A DNA stretch of 37,064 bases from contig JAVBUI010000274.1 in NCBI GenBank assembly GCA_031555495.1, forward strand, positions 1-37,064. The letters run 5' to 3'. The first letter of the stretch is position 1. Every line of letters begins with the position of its first letter. This document shows positions 33,288 through 37,064 of the stretch, piece by piece. The DNA comes from Victivallaceae bacterium (GTDB lineage: Bacteria > Verrucomicrobiota > Lentisphaeria > Victivallales > Victivallaceae). Position numbers and translations under genes: made by a program. The notes under the pieces were generated by a model. That model ran no database searches, had not been told where the DNA came from, and saw only the letters and a program-made list of their open reading frames with translations.

Positions 33288-34552
33288 TGGACACCTCCAA
33301 GGATCTTTCCGATCCGGCGTTTTGCTGCTTCAAGATTACCCGGCGTGATCCGATCGATCAACCGCCCGACCCGGAGCGCGACGGGCAGCTTTGTAGCGCT
33401 ACGTTTCGAGAGATCCGGGAAAGCCGCCATCGCGTTTACTTTGTCGGCGTCGTTGGCATGGGCCATGTAATGCCGTGTCATGGCGGGCGTCATGTGTCCG
33501 AGGATCGATTGCACCACCGCAAATGGAATCCCATGCTTTCCGGCGAGATAAGCGAAGGTATGGCGCAGACTGTGAACGTCCTTGACCGATTGCTTCCGGG
33601 CGCGACCGGGAACTGTGACCGTCGCGCCCGATATGCCGACGGAATCGAGCAGCGCCTTGAATTCAGCGGAAAGCCGGTCGTCCTGATCGTCGTAGTCCGC
33701 CAGCAGCTCGGGAAAGAGCGCCCCGCCCGTCCGTTTGATACCGGCGACCAGAACGGCGACCGGGGGCAACATGGGAATATCAACAGCGGCGGCGGTTTTG
33801 TTCTGATCGATCCTGATAAAGCGATGCTGCCAGTCAATATCCGAATGCTTGAGCCGCACAATATCGCCGCGCCGAAGCCCGGTGTAGAGGCCGAAAACGA
33901 TCAACGGATACAGCCGGTGATGCTTCTGCGTGAGCAGCAGGGCGATTTCATCGTCCGAAAAAATCTCCCGGCAAACCGACTTTCCCACCATCTTTTCAAC
34001 GGCTTCGAAAGGATTTTCGAGGGTAAGCTTAAGTTTCTGCATGATGGAGAAAAAGAGCCGCAGGAACCCGATATAGAAGTTAACCGTCCGAGGGGCAATG
34101 GTGGTTGCAGTTTTGGAAACGGCAATACTCTTCCCCCCGCGCCGGTAAGAGAAACCGGAACACCGCCCATGCTGCCGAATTTTGTTGATATACTCGCGGG
34201 CGTGATGATCGGAAACTTCTGCAACCGTGATCCGCTCGGAATCGAGGAAGGCGCAAAAATCATCGAAAACGGCCTTATACTGAGCCAATAGCTTCGCCGA
34301 TGGACTCGTTGCCCTCGGGTACATTTCAAAACGTCCCCATGCGTCACGTAGCGGAAGGTTCTGATCCACCAGCGCCCGCTTGACTTTTTCAAGGGCAATG
34401 GTTGCATCCTCTTCACCGGCAAGGGAAGCGATTTTCGCTTTCTCCCAGTCGGTTGCTTTCTTCTTTTCAGTGCATCCGGTGGAGGTCTGAATTCTTTTGC
34501 CGTTGACGGTAAAATTCGCCCACCACACACTTCCACGCTTGTAAACAGTCAT
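33284..34552 (-). CDS. int: tyrosine recombinase / phage integrase
   Basis: N-terminal arm-binding-type VYKRGSVWWANFTVNGKRIQ. Catalytic-region motifs GLRRGDIVRLKHSDID and HSLRHTFAYLAGKHGIPFAVVQSILGHMTPAMTRHY (R, H-x-x-R, H, Y). Adjacent to the tRNA-Thr 3' end. Confidence 0.9.
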   Translation of the reverse strand: MTVYKRGSVWWANFTVNGKRIQTSTGCTEKKKATDWEKAKIASLAGEEDATIALEKVKRALVDQNLPLRDAWGRFEMYPRATSPSAKLLAQYKAVFDDFCAFLDSERITVAEVSDHHAREYINKIRQHGRCSGFSYRRGGKSIAVSKTATTIAPRTVNFYIGFLRLFFSIMQKLKLTLENPFEAVEKMVGKSVCREIFSDDEIALLLTQKHHRLYPLIVFGLYTGLRRGDIVRLKHSDIDWQHRFIRIDQNKTAAAVDIPMLPPVAVLVAGIKRTGGALFPELLADYDDQDDRLSAEFKALLDSVGISGATVTVPGRARKQSVKDVHSLRHTFAYLAGKHGIPFAVVQSILGHMTPAMTRHYMAHANDADKVNAMAAFPDLSKRSATKLPVALRVGRLIDRITPGNLEAAKRRIGKILGGVQ

Positions 34553-34680
34553 TTTGCAATCTCCATCTATTCTGGTTTATTGCAATATAGACAACTACAC
34601 GCGCCGTTACAATTTTCGCTACATCGAAAGTCGGAACTATCGATTTCACGGATTGCATTTGTACTTTTGAGGGTAAAAAA

Positions 34681-34755
<75 letters not shown>

Positions 34756-34770
34756 GGCGACTGGTGTTTT

Positions 34771-34846
34771 TGGTAGCCCGGGCGGGAATCGAACCCACGA
34801 CCAACTGCTTAGAAGGCAGCTGCTCTATCCTCTGAGCTACCGGGCC
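34771..34846 (-). tRNA. tRNA-Arg (anticodon UCU)
   Basis: Reverse complement folds as GGCCCGG-TA-GCTC-AGAGGATA-GAGC-A-GCTGC-CTTCTAA-GCAGT-TGGTC-GTGGG-TTCGATT-CCCGC-CCGGGCT-A-CCA. Confidence 0.85.
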
Positions 34847-34901
34847 GGGTGAAAATGAAATACATTATCCTGACGGCTGATCCGTTAGCCGTCGAAACAA
34901 T

Positions 34902-34930
34902 ACTATAATGCGGCATCGCGGCTTTTTCAA
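34902..34930 (-). promoter_or_regulatory. sigma70-like promoter TTGAAA-17-TATAGT for the tRNA-Arg/tRNA-Thr pair
   Basis: On the minus strand, TTGAAA (34930-34925), 17-nt spacer, TATAGT (34907-34902). About 55 nt upstream of tRNA-Arg. Confidence 0.45.
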
Positions 34931-34932
34931 GT

Positions 34933-37041
34933 TCAGCGGATGTTTTTCAGCAGAAGTTCCGCCGCCCGTTCCGCTCCGTGGATCGGGTAGACGTTCAGCG
35001 ATTCTCCTTCGCGGTAGCTTTGACGGTAGTCGGGAGCGGCTTTGAATTCCGTCCCCAGTTCGATCATCGTCGCGCCGTATTCGCGTTTGAGGCGGCGGAG
35101 CGCGGTTGCGAACTCATCGTCGCGCGAAGAGTCGGATTCGTCCACCGACGGCAGCGGAGTCGCGATGAAGAGTTCGCGCAAGGTGCCCGACAAACGGAGT
35201 TTTTCCAAAATCAGCGCCATGATGCGTTCGTTTTCCCAGCCCGCCAGCGCCGGGTTGCGCCCGCGCGACGGGGGAATGATGACCGCTGAATGCGGCGCGT
35301 TCATCGACAGCTTCGGCAGCAGTCCCGGCAGCGAATCGAGCATCCGGCTGCCGGAGCGGCGGTCTTCCGCCGCCCAGGGCAGGAATTCAAGCTCGAAACC
35401 GCGTTTTTCGGCCAGTTTCGCGAGCGCCCGGCTGAAGCGGGCGTCGCCTTCGCCGAACTCTTCGCCGATGATCAGGAGTTTGCCGGTGTTCTGGAACGCC
35501 TGCCCCACGGTTTTCGGCAGTTCCCAGGCCCGGAGGTCGTGGAGCGACGGGCGCTTCAGCACCGGGACGATCCGGTTGCCGAAGCTGTCGGCAAGGCCCT
35601 GCGGCGTCGCCGCAAGGTCGTCGGGCAGTTGCGGAACCGGCAGGAACCGCACCTTCTGCCGGTCGAAAACCTGTCCCGGCAGCGAAAGCTCGAATTCGAC
35701 GTCGAGCCCCGGGGCGAGCACCGCGCCGTCGAGTTTGCCGGCTTTTTTGTCGTTGACGTCCTGGGCGAAACGATCGGTGGCTTCGGTCGGTTTGGCCGCC
35801 AGCGTAATCGCTTCGGTCCGCGCCGGGAAGACGGCCTGGTTCCGCCCCGGAATCGTCCGCAGCCGGGCGTTGACGGAGAGCGGCATCCGGTAGTTGACTT
35901 CGCGGAAGCAGTCGAGCTTCTCATCGTCGTAAATGAAGAGCGGAAACCACAAGTGGAGCGACAGTCCGGAGTCGATCGAAACCGGATCGTAGGAGGCCTT
36001 GTAGCAGTTCACTTTGACCGGCGCGTAGGCCGGGTCGAGCGGTTGGAGCGTGAGTTCGTCGTCCTTGTCCGTGTGGAGCGCCAGCTGCCGGAAGGGCTGG
36101 CCGGAAACGGTTTCGCCCTTCAAATCCCAGTTGAATTCGAGTTCGGCCGGGGCCACCGGCGTGAAGGATTGGAGCGAAATGGTTTCGCGCTTGGCGGTGT
36201 GAAGCAGGAACCGGTCGTTGCGCCGGAGCACCGGATAACGGGTGCCGTCGTGGCTGACGCACGCGATGATTTTCGCCGGCATCGCGGGGTGGAAGTCTTC
36301 GTCGCTCATGAGCCGGAACTCGCCTTCGCCCGCTTTGCGGAAAAAGGCCGAAATGGTGGTCGTCATCCGGATCTTGTTGTAATAGAGCTCGAATTCATGT
36401 GCGCCGCGCGGGAGTTTGACTTTGACGCTCTCGATCTTCATCTCGGACGGGTTGCGTTTGCCGGATTGGATCATCAGCTCCTTGCCGTCGAGCCGGAGGA
36501 GCGTGAGAGAGTTGGAATTGGTGCCGAACTCGTATTCGCCGTCCTCCGTGATCAGCAACCGGCCGCTGTAGCAGATCGCGAAGTTGCCGTTGGATTCGAA
36601 GGGACGCTTGGGCAGATTGATTTCGCGGACCAGCACGTCGCTCTGGACGCGGACGTTTTTGGCTTCAAAAGAGGCAAGAAGGTCGCGCTGCGCCGCGCCG
36701 GGCGGCTCTTCCTCGACCTTGTCGAGCTCCTTGCGCCAGTTTTTCGGCAGGCTGACGAGCTGGCGCATCGGGCCCTGGAGCCGGTAAAAGTAATTGCGTT
36801 TCTGGAATGGCTCGAACCAGGCCGGAAGCCAATAGCCGGGCCAGTAGCGCCAGTTGCGCCTGACGGCTTTGAATTTTTCCTGTGCGTAGCGCATCTTGAA
36901 GGTTTTTTCCTGAACCACCTGATAGGTTGCAATCCACTGTTCGGGGGTGTAGCGGGTGAAGAAGGACGCTCCGCACACGCTTTCCAGCAGCAGCCGGTAG
37001 TAGGATTTCGTATTGTTTTCGTAGTGCCGGGTGTAGCGCAA
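34933..37041 (-). CDS. large host protein with PA14-like domain; C-terminal alpha/beta domain of unknown function
   Basis: FAICYSGRLLITEDGEYEFGTNSNSLTLLRLDGKELM...GAHEFELYY matches the PA14 pattern. TTG start at 37041 (alternative internal ATGs exist). Outside the prophage, beyond the tRNAs. Confidence 0.6.
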   Translation of the reverse strand: MRYTRHYENNTKSYYRLLLESVCGASFFTRYTPEQWIATYQVVQEKTFKMRYAQEKFKAVRRNWRYWPGYWLPAWFEPFQKRNYFYRLQGPMRQLVSLPKNWRKELDKVEEEPPGAAQRDLLASFEAKNVRVQSDVLVREINLPKRPFESNGNFAICYSGRLLITEDGEYEFGTNSNSLTLLRLDGKELMIQSGKRNPSEMKIESVKVKLPRGAHEFELYYNKIRMTTTISAFFRKAGEGEFRLMSDEDFHPAMPAKIIACVSHDGTRYPVLRRNDRFLLHTAKRETISLQSFTPVAPAELEFNWDLKGETVSGQPFRQLALHTDKDDELTLQPLDPAYAPVKVNCYKASYDPVSIDSGLSLHLWFPLFIYDDEKLDCFREVNYRMPLSVNARLRTIPGRNQAVFPARTEAITLAAKPTEATDRFAQDVNDKKAGKLDGAVLAPGLDVEFELSLPGQVFDRQKVRFLPVPQLPDDLAATPQGLADSFGNRIVPVLKRPSLHDLRAWELPKTVGQAFQNTGKLLIIGEEFGEGDARFSRALAKLAEKRGFELEFLPWAAEDRRSGSRMLDSLPGLLPKLSMNAPHSAVIIPPSRGRNPALAGWENERIMALILEKLRLSGTLRELFIATPLPSVDESDSSRDDEFATALRRLKREYGATMIELGTEFKAAPDYRQSYREGESLNVYPIHGAERAAELLLKNIR

Positions 37042-37064
37042 ATTGATGTTTTTTCACGTTTAAT

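Larger units (their letters stand above)
2114..34680. mobile_element. integrated podovirus-like prophage (T7-type tail/core module, BPP-1-like head candidate); right end at tRNA-Thr, left end inferred at the Rhs-tip junction
   Basis: Contiguous phage gene set from the integrase (next to the tRNA-Thr 3' end) to the end of the fibre operon. Composition and coding direction switch at about 2100-2116, where the Rhs tip converges with the last operon gene. No att direct repeats identified. Confidence 0.7.

Overview
High-GC (about 60%) bacterial chromosome segment dominated by a roughly 32.5 kb integrated podovirus-like prophage (about 2114-34680). Its right end abuts a tRNA-Thr(UGU)/tRNA-Arg(UCU) pair, with a tyrosine integrase next to the tRNA-Thr 3' end. 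One long leftward operon (30810 down to 11485) encodes a possible small terminase, TerL, portal, scaffold, major capsid and a cement-like protein. It continues with a T7 gp11-like adaptor, a gp12-like nozzle and gp13/14/15-like internal proteins, and ends in a 2350-aa gp16-position giant protein. That giant protein carries an HExxH zincin-like module and a possible barnase/EndoU-type module. A counter-oriented accessory island (7375-11432) separates this operon from its tail-fibre genes. The island encodes a low-GC membrane/zinc-ribbon protein, a BRO-N plus 2x ORF6N antirepressor-like protein, and a small ORF plus a DUF2335-like membrane protein. The fibre operon (7105 down to 2114) continues into three translationally coupled exported or lipoprotein genes. 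The early region is tiny: a 61-aa basic protein, an ArdC-N fusion, an 88-aa acidic Cys-rich protein and an int-rusA pair. I could not recognise any repressor, replication, RNA polymerase or lysis gene. Left of the element lies a 5'-truncated orphan Rhs/YD-repeat fragment with a short low-GC toxin tip that runs into the element. Right of the tRNAs is a PA14-like host gene. No CRISPR array, rRNA or reverse transcriptase was seen. All domain calls are by-eye motif recognition and need HMM or structure searches. The att sites were not found.
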